Assembly (NCBI GenBank): GCA_964389655.1
Contig: CAYMED010000003.1
Coordinates: 1-64,000, forward strand
Source of the DNA: an uncultured Candidatus Poseidoniales archaeon
GTDB taxonomy: Archaea; Thermoplasmatota; Poseidoniia; Poseidoniales; CAYMED01
Direction of reading: 5' to 3'
DNA length: 64,000 nt
Made by a program: the position numbers and the translations under genes. The notes beneath the pieces are model-generated. The model was not told where the DNA came from. It saw only the letters and a program-made list of their open reading frames with translations, and made no database searches. Of the stretch, positions 38,842-48,915 are shown piece after piece; position 1 is the stretch's first letter; each line of letters begins with the position of its first letter.

Positions 38842-41418
38842 TCAATTTGAAAGTAGCAAATGAACAGCGTTGATGACGTCATCAGAAGAAGGAACAGTGT
38901 AATGCTCAAGTGGGGGGCTAAACGGGACCGGAGTATCAAGAGATCCAATGACAATGGGAGGAGCTTCGAGGGCCCAAAAAGAGTCCTCAAGGATACGAGA
39001 GGAAATTGTATGCCCAAAACCACCTGTCCATTGTGCTTCTTGAAGTACAATTAACCGGCCTGTTCTCTGAACAGATTCAGTACACGTTTTGGCATCAAAT
39101 GGGATTAAAGTACCTAAATCGATCACCTCGACCTCAATACCCTCACGAGATAATAGGGATGCTGCTTCAAGAGCCACATGCGACATTGCAGACCAAGTTA
39201 CAATGGTTAGGTCATCACCCCATCTTAGCACATGTGCTTGGCCAATTTGGAATGGTAATGCCCCATTATCAATCGCAAGATTAACAGGGTTAGAATCAAC
39301 TTCTTGATCAATTCGATCACCCCAACCAGTACGACCACCTCGAAGGCCATACAATCCAATATGTTCAAGGAAAACACATGGATCTGGGAGAGCAATCGCC
39401 TCAAGAAGCAAATCATATGCTGCTTGGGGAGTAGAAGGTGCAAGAAGGACGAGACCTGGGTCATTTGCAAACCATGCTTCAACTTGCTTTGCATGGAATG
39501 GGCCAGAGTATGTGCGAGCACCCACGGGTATGCGCACAGTCAAAGGAACATCTGCGCCCCACCTCCATCGAAGCATAGCCGCATTGTTCACTAAAGGATT
39601 CATCGCAAGAGAGGAAAAACCACCAAATTGTATCTCTGCTACTGGACGTAGTCCCCCTAATGCTGCACCTGTCATCGAATGGATAATCGCAGACTCGGAC
39701 AAGGGTGCATCGACTAACCTTTCAGAATGCTGAGATAGCAAGGCTAGGTTTAGTCCAAAAGCCCCTGCAGTTTCCATATCTTCTCCAAAGAAGATGACCT
39801 CATCCGGCCAACGGTCTGCTGCGGCAAGCAATGCCTGCTGGATTGCCTTGCTATAGGTCCAAGCACCTGGTGCATCACTAAACGAAAGCGTCTCAGCCCC
39901 AATTCTTCTAGATGAGGTTGAATGTTGAATAGGCGTCTCAAAACGCGCAATTTGCTCTTCCCGCGCTGGAGCATCATGGAATGAGAATATGCCACGAGTC
40001 ACACTCATTGGAGTTGGCCATGGCATCGCCTCAACTTGAGAACGAGCAACGGCTACAAGTTCATGTTCTTCTAGGTCTATTGCATTGAGTTCATCAACAT
40101 CAACCCCAAATTCTAGTAAGCGATTACGATGTTGGGGGATGGGGTCTTTGTTGGACCAATATTCCATCAATTCCTTGTCTACAAACCCCGGTGGCTGGCC
40201 ACTAGGTGACCCCAAATAGAGATCATCATGGTGATGTGCATGCCCACAACCCCTCATAACTTCCAAGTGAATGAGAACTGGGCCGCCATCCTCTGAAAGC
40301 CCAAACTCCCGGGCTACGGCAATCGAAGAGTGTATTTTCTCGGGAGATGTACCATCAATAGACCATGCTGGAATTCCCATTGCCATTGCTTTATCCGACC
40401 ATAATTCAGCTGCACTTTGATGGATGGGGGGGGTATCAAGTGCAATCTGATTATTCTCTAAAATAAAGGCAATGGGCAACCCTCGCACAGCCGCTAAGTT
40501 TAGGGCTTCCCACCATTCACCTGACGATGATCCGCCCTCCCCAATACAAGCCACAGTGTATCGATTCGTTGCTTTTCGTAAAGAGGCAAATGCCAGCCCC
40601 ACCGAGGTTGCAGTGGCGATTGGGAGGGGAGCCGAAGGGGGGAGGATGCCGGAGTCCCACTTACCGATATGGAGGTCTCTTCCCCCCGAACCAGAAATTC
40701 CGCCATCCATCAATGAACCTGACTTGCCCATCTGAGCTGCAATCGCCTCAGTCGGTGATTGACCCATGGCTAATGCAAGACCAAGGTCACGGATCATTGG
40801 AGCCACGATGTCACCAAAACCGGCCCTCACATCACCCGGTTCTGGTAGGTTGAGGGCAGTGGCCACTGCAACAATCGCTTCTTGCCATGTCGAACGAAAT
40901 CCTTTACCCCCAAATTTCGTCCCAAAGGGAGTTTCCATGCCTTCGCCAAAGAGGTTCTTTAGCACCTCATCAACTTCACGTGTACGGACCATCCAGCGAT
41001 ACCACTGAATTCGCTGAGGCAAGGTAATTGCGGCTTCATATAATCGCCTTTGCAGGGCCAATCGAAGGTCGATCAACATGTGGGAGTCGCGACGACCTAA
41101 GTGCTCTGCCCAAGATCTCCGCGGAAGGATTTCTTCATGATCAAACAATCCTTTTCGTGATTCCAATATGGCACCAATAATCGCCTCTTCGATTTGGGAT
41201 AATGCAGAATATGCTGTTTCTGAATCAAGAAGGCCATCTCTTTGGGTAAGGGAAGAAATTGCGGAAACAGCTATGGGAAGATGGCCTTCATGTCGTTGAC
41301 AAAGAATATCCCTTACAGATACCTCAAGATCATCCCAAGTGAGCGAGTTTTTGTGTTCAATGATGGCTGGTTTCCATTTGGCGCCCCATATGCGCGGACG
41401 GTCGCCCTGTTCTGCCAT
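38842..41418 (-). CDS. 2-oxoacid dehydrogenase E1, fused alpha+beta, with extra N-terminal domain
   Basis: GEGG...ENNQ TPP motif; GED, D.PLSE, RPVAEIQF, GPFH, EVIDL.TL.P.D, P+PFSP.LE. Confidence 0.88.
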   Translation of the reverse strand: MAEQGDRPRIWGAKWKPAIIEHKNSLTWDDLEVSVRDILCQRHEGHLPIAVSAISSLTQRDGLLDSETAYSALSQIEEAIIGAILESRKGLFDHEEILPRRSWAEHLGRRDSHMLIDLRLALQRRLYEAAITLPQRIQWYRWMVRTREVDEVLKNLFGEGMETPFGTKFGGKGFRSTWQEAIVAVATALNLPEPGDVRAGFGDIVAPMIRDLGLALAMGQSPTEAIAAQMGKSGSLMDGGISGSGGRDLHIGKWDSGILPPSAPLPIATATSVGLAFASLRKATNRYTVACIGEGGSSSGEWWEALNLAAVRGLPIAFILENNQIALDTPPIHQSAAELWSDKAMAMGIPAWSIDGTSPEKIHSSIAVAREFGLSEDGGPVLIHLEVMRGCGHAHHHDDLYLGSPSGQPPGFVDKELMEYWSNKDPIPQHRNRLLEFGVDVDELNAIDLEEHELVAVARSQVEAMPWPTPMSVTRGIFSFHDAPAREEQIARFETPIQHSTSSRRIGAETLSFSDAPGAWTYSKAIQQALLAAADRWPDEVIFFGEDMETAGAFGLNLALLSQHSERLVDAPLSESAIIHSMTGAALGGLRPVAEIQFGGFSSLAMNPLVNNAAMLRWRWGADVPLTVRIPVGARTYSGPFHAKQVEAWFANDPGLVLLAPSTPQAAYDLLLEAIALPDPCVFLEHIGLYGLRGGRTGWGDRIDQEVDSNPVNLAIDNGALPFQIGQAHVLRWGDDLTIVTWSAMSHVALEAASLLSREGIEVEVIDLGTLIPFDAKTCTESVQRTGRLIVLQEAQWTGGFGHTISSRILEDSFWALEAPPIVIGSLDTPVPFSPPLEHYTVPSSDDVINAVHLLLSN

Positions 41419-41460
41419 TAAAGTGGGGGCGCTACAGGACAATCATGAAGGATTCCCTCC

Positions 41461-42477
41461 TCATTCTTCGCCATCTGCTGTAAGAAGGCTGGCAAGTTCG
41501 ACTGGGCGAGGACCACGTGCATGTATTCCATGCAATATTTCAGAAACAGGTCCACCTTCTGGGAGGAGTTCAAGAAGTTCTTCAAGCATTGAAATGGATT
41601 CAACAATCCTGTCTGATTGGCTCGGATCCACTTCTGAGAGAGGACGGTACAAATCGAATAAAAGTGTCCGCACCTGATCAACAACACTCCGGGAAAACCG
41701 GACCACATCCCGATCTATTTGTGAAATGCCAGCATAATCCGTATGCAATTCGACGGTCGGAACTGGCTCTTGAAGTGTTTCAAAAATATCATCTACTTCT
41801 TCGTCAAGTTTCCCCAATGCGCTGTCCAAAGCACTCTGCAGGTCAATCTCATCACCGAGCCCTTCGTCTCCAATCACGAGGCGGCCGATTCCCTTATCCA
41901 AAATAGAAAGTACGCGATGGACTGCAATCTCATCGATATCTTCATCCAATTCAGTAAGTATTGATTCTGCCAATTCAGAATTGATGCGAGATGGGTTCAA
42001 CAAACTGGAAATGATGGGCGTAGCCCATGCAGGCTGATCAATGTCGATTTCAAGTCCTCTGACTTTTATTGCGTCGATATCCGGCCCAGATACACGTGCA
42101 GGTGGTGGGACATATTCACCCCTAACATGCCGTTGTAAGCGATCAATCAGATGCTCGAGCCGAATGGGTTTTGTGAGAACTTCATTGACGCCTGCTCGCG
42201 TTGCCTGAACCAAATCATCAGCAACTGGTTCAGTTGCCATCAATATAATCCGGCCGCGGAATGATGATGACATCGCTAATGCCTTAATTGTGTCATAGAG
42301 GCTTCCGTCTCTCCACGTTTCATCAAAAAGAATCGCATCATGGGAACCTGCCTCTCCGGTGTTGAGAGCTTGAGAAAGAGTGTGCGCTCTTGTAGGCTGA
42401 AAACCTGCGCGCTCAAGTGATATTGCTAGCAACGAGCGGCGGCCTGCATCTTCGTCAGCAATCAGGATGCTGGCCAT
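41461..42477 (-). CDS. response-regulator receiver domain protein with acidic helical C-terminus
   Basis: ILIADED, AILFD phosphoacceptor, AGV..VLTKP. Confidence 0.78.
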   Translation of the reverse strand: MASILIADEDAGRRSLLAISLERAGFQPTRAHTLSQALNTGEAGSHDAILFDETWRDGSLYDTIKALAMSSSFRGRIILMATEPVADDLVQATRAGVNEVLTKPIRLEHLIDRLQRHVRGEYVPPPARVSGPDIDAIKVRGLEIDIDQPAWATPIISSLLNPSRINSELAESILTELDEDIDEIAVHRVLSILDKGIGRLVIGDEGLGDEIDLQSALDSALGKLDEEVDDIFETLQEPVPTVELHTDYAGISQIDRDVVRFSRSVVDQVRTLLFDLYRPLSEVDPSQSDRIVESISMLEELLELLPEGGPVSEILHGIHARGPRPVELASLLTADGEE

Positions 42478-42545
42478 GGGAATCGGTTAGACGAAGCATA
42501 TCCACGATTCAACACTATGGGAACAAAGAGACGATATTATTGCAA

Positions 42546-43478
42546 TCAATGGAGTTCTGACTCAAGCCAGCGCTCACAATCAATCGCCGCCTGACAACCC
42601 ATGCCCGCTGCAGTAATTGCTTGTCGATATCGTTTATCCACGACATCTCCTGCTGAAAACACACCTGAAACAGAGGTCATTGTATTGGAATGATGGATAA
42701 TGTAGCCCTCATCATCTAGATCAACTTGACCTTCAAGAAAGGCGGTAATTGGTTTATGCCCAATAGCAATAAAAGCGCCCGTGCATGCAATTTCTTCAGT
42801 GGTTCCATATCTTGGATCTTCTATTATCGCACCTGAAAGACCTCGTTCATCAGATAACCATCTTTTGACGATGCGGTGGGAGCGAAAATCGATTTTCTCG
42901 TGATTACGGGCACGGTCAAGCATCACCTTGGAAGCACGGAAGACATCTCGGCGATGTAATATAGTTACTTTTGAGGCAAATCTCGTCAAAAATGTTGCTT
43001 CTTCCATAGCGGAATCACCGCCACCAATGACAATCACTTCTTGATCACGGAAAAACGCACCATCACATGTTGCGCATGTACTAATTCCACGACCTTTTTG
43101 TTCACTTTCACCCTCTGCATCCAACCATATCGCTTCAGCGCCAGTACACACAATTAATGAACGAGTTGCAAATTCATTGCCTTCAACCCACACTCGAAAA
43201 GGATGGGCAGAAAGGTCAACACGGTCTACATCTTTATCAGCAATTTCTGCTCCAAACTTTACTGCCTGTTCTCGGAGATGAATCATCATTTCCGGGCCGG
43301 AAACGCCATTTGGATAGCCGGGGAAGTTTTCAACATCTGAAGTCAACATTAGTTGTCCGCCGGACATATAACCTGCGAAGACAAGTGGGTTGAGCATTGC
43401 ACGCGCCGTATAGAGAGCAGCAGTATAGCCAGCAGGCCCACTTCCAATGATGATCACGTCTCTCAAATCATGTGCCAT
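42546..43478 (-). CDS. trxB: thioredoxin-disulfide reductase
   Basis: IIGSGPAG, GGQL, CATCDG, GGGDSAMEEA, GDV.D..YRQAITAAG.GC. Confidence 0.96.
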   Translation of the reverse strand: MAHDLRDVIIIGSGPAGYTAALYTARAMLNPLVFAGYMSGGQLMLTSDVENFPGYPNGVSGPEMMIHLREQAVKFGAEIADKDVDRVDLSAHPFRVWVEGNEFATRSLIVCTGAEAIWLDAEGESEQKGRGISTCATCDGAFFRDQEVIVIGGGDSAMEEATFLTRFASKVTILHRRDVFRASKVMLDRARNHEKIDFRSHRIVKRWLSDERGLSGAIIEDPRYGTTEEIACTGAFIAIGHKPITAFLEGQVDLDDEGYIIHHSNTMTSVSGVFSAGDVVDKRYRQAITAAGMGCQAAIDCERWLESELH

Positions 43479-43519
43479 AGATCACTGCGAGTTGCCGAAT
43501 CAAATCAACTTTCGTGCAA

Positions 43520-43951
43520 TTAAGTCTTCAAAGAAACCTCCGCTAATCGCTCACCCTTCGCCATCCATTCAAGGCCTTCATCTACCCAATCATGCATCGC
43601 ATTCAAGCGGTTAGAGGGGATGTGAGACCCATCTACAATCTGTTGTATTGTACGTACTTCTTCTGAATGGATCTCACCATCAATTTTCGCCATCAGTAGT
43701 GCATCTCGAATGGCTGCAAGAATCGTGTAATCATCTACACCAGATACGACTTCTTGAATGGATGATTGCTCTGACAAAAATGTCCGATATACGGCTCTAG
43801 TATCCGGATGAATGAGCAAACGAGCCATTCGCTCTTCATAAAGCGCAAGTTCTTCGCGTTTGACGGTTCCATCTGCCATTGCAACAAGTGCTAGAATTCG
43901 GGCATATGCCTCATGATCGATTCGGCCAAACGCAAACGGTCTTGGTATCAT
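43520..43951 (-). CDS. TerB family protein
   Basis: VAMADG.V..EE and MAKIDG.I..EE duplicated motifs. Confidence 0.8.
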   Translation of the reverse strand: MIPRPFAFGRIDHEAYARILALVAMADGTVKREELALYEERMARLLIHPDTRAVYRTFLSEQSSIQEVVSGVDDYTILAAIRDALLMAKIDGEIHSEEVRTIQQIVDGSHIPSNRLNAMHDWVDEGLEWMAKGERLAEVSLKT

Positions 43952-44011
43952 GATAGGCCATCCACCAGCACCCACTTAGGATTTGGGAAAGCATGACGGT
44001 AAAAATAGCCA

Positions 44012-44407
44012 TTATTGCAATCTTGCAACTGCGCGGACAGCTGCTCGAGCATGTTTCTCAAGCCTAGTTTCTAAATGCGCTTTTCGGGCACCGGGACCAA
44101 TAATTCCAATTCCAATCGGCTTATCGTGTATCAACTGAAGTTCAAGAAGTGTCTTGATTACCGCTTGTCCAATGACCAATCCATGATGCGTTTCACCCGC
44201 CTCAATTACACCAAGAACAATCGAGCCTGCGATAGTTTCATCTGAAAATGTTCGGTCAACGGAAAGAGGGATTTCTAGGGCACCGGGAACCCATATAGGG
44301 TTGTCAAAAGTCAAACCTAATTTATTCGCCTCATCTTCTGCCCATTCAAGCATTTGGGCAACATGGTCACGGTGAAAGTCAGTGCATATACACGAAATTT
44401 TCAACAC
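44012..44407 (-). CDS. ribH: 6,7-dimethyl-8-ribityllumazine synthase
   Basis: VPGALEIPL, LG.I..GET.H, KPI..GIIGPG. Confidence 0.88.
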   Translation of the reverse strand: MLKISCICTDFHRDHVAQMLEWAEDEANKLGLTFDNPIWVPGALEIPLSVDRTFSDETIAGSIVLGVIEAGETHHGLVIGQAVIKTLLELQLIHDKPIGIGIIGPGARKAHLETRLEKHARAAVRAVARLQ

Positions 44408-45033
44408 GCCACCCCCTTTTCAGCAAGTAGCCGCTCAACTGTTTGAACTACAGCAATTGTTTGTCCATCGAATTCGAGGTTCACCAAATCACCTACTGAT
44501 TTCTCTCCGAGAGTCGTACGTTCAAGTGTTTCAGGAATCAAATGTATGTGAAATGAATCCGTCAATGGGTCAACATGGCCTACTGTAAGACTGATGCCGT
44601 CAACTGCAATATACCCTTTAGAAAAAATCACGGGAAGACTAGGGTCCTCACAACGTATAACACAAACCGCACTTTTGGTGTTTTTTTGCCAAAATTCGAT
44701 GATGCCTTTTGCATTAATGTGACCACTTAGTAGATGACCACCAATCTCATCACCTATCTTGAGAGATCGTTCGATGTTCAATGGGTCACCGACATTTTTC
44801 TGAGAAAGGGTTGTACAGCGCAATGTTTCGGGAATTAAGTCAAAATGGACCACATCCCCTTCGATCTTGACAACAGTGAGGCAGACGCCCTCAACAGAAA
44901 TGCTAGCACTTGGAATGAGACCTCCCAATGATGAGAAAGGAATTTTCACGCTAATTCGCCAAGTATCATCACCCTTATCGAGTGAAACGAGAGTGCCAAT
45001 TGTTTCAACAATACCTGAAAACAATTTGGTCAC
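44401..45033 (-). CDS. ribE: riboflavin synthase (bacterial-type, two lumazine-binding repeats)
   Basis: LFSGIVE, SISVEGVCLTV, NIERSL..GDEIGGH..SGH, KGYIAVDGISLTV, LIPETL..T.L. Confidence 0.93.
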   Translation of the reverse strand: MTKLFSGIVETIGTLVSLDKGDDTWRISVKIPFSSLGGLIPSASISVEGVCLTVVKIEGDVVHFDLIPETLRCTTLSQKNVGDPLNIERSLKIGDEIGGHLLSGHINAKGIIEFWQKNTKSAVCVIRCEDPSLPVIFSKGYIAVDGISLTVGHVDPLTDSFHIHLIPETLERTTLGEKSVGDLVNLEFDGQTIAVVQTVERLLAEKGVAC

Positions 45034-45503
45034 TCCCCCTCTGTGATCCCTGCCTGATCAAGACTAGTGCGGGGTGGCCATAGATCAAGAATGCGCGAGA
45101 TGATGAGGCGGGTACCATCGAGGTCGCCAGAAAGGCCACCTACCCGGATTAAGTCAATCTCACTGCGCCCACGCAAGTCTAAATCCGCACGAATTGCATC
45201 TTCACTGTGTTTTTGGTCGTAGCCTAATGCGATAACATTTGGTTGCACGGTATCAAGAATTTCGAAAATTGGAATTGATGGGGGGTTTCCAATGATTGCT
45301 GCATCTACAGGTTTCAAGCCGGCAACCATGCGCCGGCGAAATTCCATTTTTGTCACGGGTTCATGTTTTCTTTTTCGAACCGTATCGTCATGTGCAACGA
45401 CGACAGTAAGGTGCTCGCCTAGGGATTTAGCCTGTTCAAGATAATGAAGGTGGCCCACATGGAGTAGGTCGAAAGCGCCAACAGCCATCACTCGGCGAAC
45501 CAT
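45030..45503 (-). CDS. ribL: archaeal FAD synthetase
   Basis: GAFDLLHVGH..YL.QAK, VA.D, LKPVD.A, IALGYDQ; within the rib operon. Confidence 0.88.
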   Translation of the reverse strand: MVRRVMAVGAFDLLHVGHLHYLEQAKSLGEHLTVVVAHDDTVRKRKHEPVTKMEFRRRMVAGLKPVDAAIIGNPPSIPIFEILDTVQPNVIALGYDQKHSEDAIRADLDLRGRSEIDLIRVGGLSGDLDGTRLIISRILDLWPPRTSLDQAGITEGE

Positions 45504-46228
45504 CAGGATGCCACCTCTTGTGAAGCGGAAGTGAAACCTTTGAGGAGGTCTGACCCTAGAACAAAAGGTATGTTGTTCTCAAGCCCCCACCTTTTTGCAC
45601 GTTCAAAATCAAGAGCACCATCACCCTCTGGGTCAAGCATTTCAGCACCAATAACTACGGGAGGTAGGTTTGCAAGGCGGGCTATGGCAACAGCTAATTC
45701 GGTGTGCCCTTGACGGTTCACGATTCCCCCGCTGGCCTCACGGCAAACAGGTATGTGGCCAGGGGTACGAAATTCATCACCCAATCGGGAGGAGGCAATT
45801 TCAAAATCCCACGAAAATTCGATTCCTTCAGCACTAAGTTCTGCAAAACGCTTCGTGGTTAGAGCACGATCACGGTCAGTAATCCCTGTATAGGTGTCTC
45901 TGTGATTAAGAGAAAGAGTGAAGGCTGATTTTTCATCATAAGGAAGATCATCAGTAACCAAATGAGAGAGCAGGGGCCACAGTGCTGTTGCGGCAGATTC
46001 CGTATGCAGTTCTTGAAGAAAGGGCATATCAAACATTTCACCTATTTCTTCGCCAATTGCAAGGAAAAGAAGGCCACCACAAGTTCTCCGAAGGCGGCGG
46101 ATGCGGCTGGGGGTGATTGCTCCACCGGGATAAAGAAGGTCAGTTTCCCCCTCTCTCATTGCTGAATCAAACACTAGAACGGGATCCCCCTGCCCGAAGG
46201 CAGTGATAGCAGCATCGAGAGAGGTCAT
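45503..46228 (-). CDS. ribB: 3,4-dihydroxy-2-butanone-4-phosphate synthase
   Basis: D...REGETD, PYDEKSAF, TGITDRDRA.T, FRTPGH, RQGHTE, EML. Confidence 0.92.
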   Translation of the reverse strand: MTSLDAAITAFGQGDPVLVFDSAMREGETDLLYPGGAITPSRIRRLRRTCGGLLFLAIGEEIGEMFDMPFLQELHTESAATALWPLLSHLVTDDLPYDEKSAFTLSLNHRDTYTGITDRDRALTTKRFAELSAEGIEFSWDFEIASSRLGDEFRTPGHIPVCREASGGIVNRQGHTELAVAIARLANLPPVVIGAEMLDPEGDGALDFERAKRWGLENNIPFVLGSDLLKGFTSASQEVAS

Positions 46229-46376
46229 TGACTCATTTCGGCGATTCGGGACTCCTTCATCAAGGGTCGGATGATTCGACAGGATGAATTATTCCCAAAA
46301 ATCATCAGATTTGAGGTGCTCATTTTTTCCCTAAGACGTATCGTCATTCTTTCAAACCTCCAAGGGAGTGATGTGA

Positions 46377-48284
46377 GTGAATGGACTTGAAGCAAGCCCT
46401 GCGCGCTCATTGCGGATGCCTGTTTTGGTCATTTACATCACAATAATCCTAATCGTATCTCCTCTAGTCGGGGGTAATTCCATGGCGAAAGAGTCCCCTC
46501 GATTTGTAGACGCAACATCGTCTTGGGGGTTAGAAGACATCAGCCCCGGTGAATTGGTAAACATCGCATCATATGGTCCTGGAATCTCATTGTCTGATTG
46601 CGACGGAGATGGGGACCTAGACCTATTCATCACCCCACGTTTCCACCATTTTGGACCATCAACGGGAGATGAAGAAAACTACACAGGTGTTGGAAATTCG
46701 ATATTGTTACGTAATGAAGGAAATCACTTCACCAACATTACAAAGGGATCTGGTATCGAATTGATCAATTCCACAGTTATTGGATCGGCTTGGGGTGATT
46801 ATGACAATGATGGAGATGTGGATGTCTATTTGAGTAATTACGGATATACAGACACATACAACACCTCATCAGGAGCCCCCAACTCATTGCATCGAAATGA
46901 CGGAAATTGCATATTCACCGATGTCACATTAGAGGCAAATGTGGCCAACCCAGGGCACAGTTCAACCGCTCTTTGGGCTGACTACGACCATGATGGTGAT
47001 TTGGACCTCTATTCAATGAATATTGGAAGTGTAAATGAATTTGAGTATCGAGTCAGAGCAGAGACTAATATTCTCTACAAGAATCAGTTAGTCGAAACTG
47101 GAGTTCCTAATTTCATCGATGACACACTTTTTGCGGGTGTTTCCGGGCAAATTGAGTTTTCAGACATCCCTAATTTGATTGTTAGCCCTGAACCTGTCAA
47201 TATCGATGTCGCATCTCCTTCAAATCCATCTGCTCAAATGGATACAATGCACAATGATCATCGCGGTTCTGGACTTTCTTGGGCGGGGGTCTTTTTTGAT
47301 TATGATAATGATGGCTGGGAAGACCTCTTTGTAGCCTCAGATTTTGCAATATCACCTATTTACCGCAATAATGGAAATGGAACATTCACAGTTGTTACGC
47401 ATAAACTGCTGATGAATAGAGCGGGAACTGGAATGGGAGCTCATGCATCTGATATAGACGGGGACGGGGATTTGGACTTATGTCAGACGAACTTCGGCCC
47501 AAACTACATTTGGTTGAACAGCCAAAGCCCCAACGGAAATTCGTATTTCAAGCAAATTCAGGAAGAATCTGGGATCTCCAATACCGAAGAAGTGAATTGG
47601 GCCTGTTTGTGGTTTGATCATGATCTCGATGCTGATCAAGACCTCTTTTTTGGGGTTGGACGAATATCACCCTATGTATGGGTCAACAACAACAGTTTCT
47701 ATGTAAATGATGGCACAGGCAGCATGACTGACGTTACAGATCAAAGTGGCCTTGAACATTCATACAAGACAATGGGGGTTGCAATGGGGGACATCGATAA
47801 TGATGGAGATATTGACTTGGTTCTTGGAAATTCAGATGGGCCAATTCAAATGATGCTTAGTCAGGCGGCACAAATTGACGGGAATACATGGATCTCGATT
47901 CGGCTTGAAGGAAATCAATCAAATTCACGCGGGATTGGGGCAAGAGTAACCATCGTCATGCAAGATGGATCTTCGCAAACTCAAATGGTATATGCTGGTC
48001 AAGGGTTCCTAGGAACGAGTGATTCTAGAGTTCATTTTGGCTTGAACAAAAATACCGTAATCAAGGAGGTCAAAGTTCTATGGTCAACTGGCCATGAACA
48101 AGTGCTTCACAATGTTGCGGCAAATCAGTTCCTTCTGATCAAAGAAGATGCACCGATTGTGAGCTACACCACCTCAAGCCTCAATGCTGGCCTAGCAGGT
48201 TCTACTATCATCTTACTTTCTGTTGCCAGTGCAGTTCTTCTTCTCCCGGAACTATTTGGGAGGGGTAAAAAAAATATCGAATGA
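46377..48284 (+). CDS. CRTAC1/ASPIC-UnbV family FG-GAP repeat surface protein
   Basis: Multiple D.D.DGD.DL repeats, N..GIGARV....Q......G.GF......VHFGL C-domain, signal peptide and C-terminal TM. Confidence 0.88.
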   Translation: MNGLEASPARSLRMPVLVIYITIILIVSPLVGGNSMAKESPRFVDATSSWGLEDISPGELVNIASYGPGISLSDCDGDGDLDLFITPRFHHFGPSTGDEENYTGVGNSILLRNEGNHFTNITKGSGIELINSTVIGSAWGDYDNDGDVDVYLSNYGYTDTYNTSSGAPNSLHRNDGNCIFTDVTLEANVANPGHSSTALWADYDHDGDLDLYSMNIGSVNEFEYRVRAETNILYKNQLVETGVPNFIDDTLFAGVSGQIEFSDIPNLIVSPEPVNIDVASPSNPSAQMDTMHNDHRGSGLSWAGVFFDYDNDGWEDLFVASDFAISPIYRNNGNGTFTVVTHKLLMNRAGTGMGAHASDIDGDGDLDLCQTNFGPNYIWLNSQSPNGNSYFKQIQEESGISNTEEVNWACLWFDHDLDADQDLFFGVGRISPYVWVNNNSFYVNDGTGSMTDVTDQSGLEHSYKTMGVAMGDIDNDGDIDLVLGNSDGPIQMMLSQAAQIDGNTWISIRLEGNQSNSRGIGARVTIVMQDGSSQTQMVYAGQGFLGTSDSRVHFGLNKNTVIKEVKVLWSTGHEQVLHNVAANQFLLIKEDAPIVSYTTSSLNAGLAGSTIILLSVASAVLLLPELFGRGKKNIE

Positions 48285-48354
48285 ATGAGATGTGTCAAGT
48301 ATGATGCCGACATCGCAAGAATTAGGATTCTCTTGTAGGAGATGAGGTGGGACT

Positions 48355-48915
48355 ATGAAATCATGGCCGGCTGACCAATGGTTTATGCCAAATCCAAGTC
48401 TTGTTGATAAAATACGAAAGCTTCGCATACTTGTTCTTGACGTGGATGGTGTATTGACAGATGGAACTATACTTCGGTTAGCTGATGGAACTGAAGCGAG
48501 AAAGTTCTCAGTATACGATGGCCATGGACTTGGCCTTCTAAAATCCGAAGGATGGGTATTGGCAGCTGTATCTCGAGAACCCTCTATGATTACTAAATCA
48601 AGATTAGAGAAATTGAACTTTGATGAAATTCACATTGGCATTGAGGATAAAGGAAGCACGATTGTGGAAATGCTAAATCGGTTAGGAATAAAACGAGAAC
48701 ATGCTGCTTTTTTTGGAGATGATCTCCCTGATATTTCAGCATTTGAAAATGTTGGAATACGGGTCGCACCAAATGGCGCTCATCCAGTAGTGGAAGATGC
48801 TGCTGACATAGTAACAATCTCAAGGGGTGGGTATGGGGCCGTTCGAGAAATTTGTGAGATCTTCAGGGCATGTCATGGAAAAGGGCCCTATGTTGGCGCA
48901 CTTACCCAGCAATGA
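48355..48915 (+). CDS. KdsC-family HAD phosphatase (KDO8P/KDN9P phosphatase)
   Basis: LDVDGVLTDG, KFSVYDG.G, K, GDDLPD, GGYGAVRE. Confidence 0.9.
   Translation: MKSWPADQWFMPNPSLVDKIRKLRILVLDVDGVLTDGTILRLADGTEARKFSVYDGHGLGLLKSEGWVLAAVSREPSMITKSRLEKLNFDEIHIGIEDKGSTIVEMLNRLGIKREHAAFFGDDLPDISAFENVGIRVAPNGAHPVVEDAADIVTISRGGYGAVREICEIFRACHGKGPYVGALTQQ

Noticed and set aside
46229-46376. FMN riboswitch upstream of the rib operon
   Set aside because: No RFN consensus elements; the region looks like two divergent promoters
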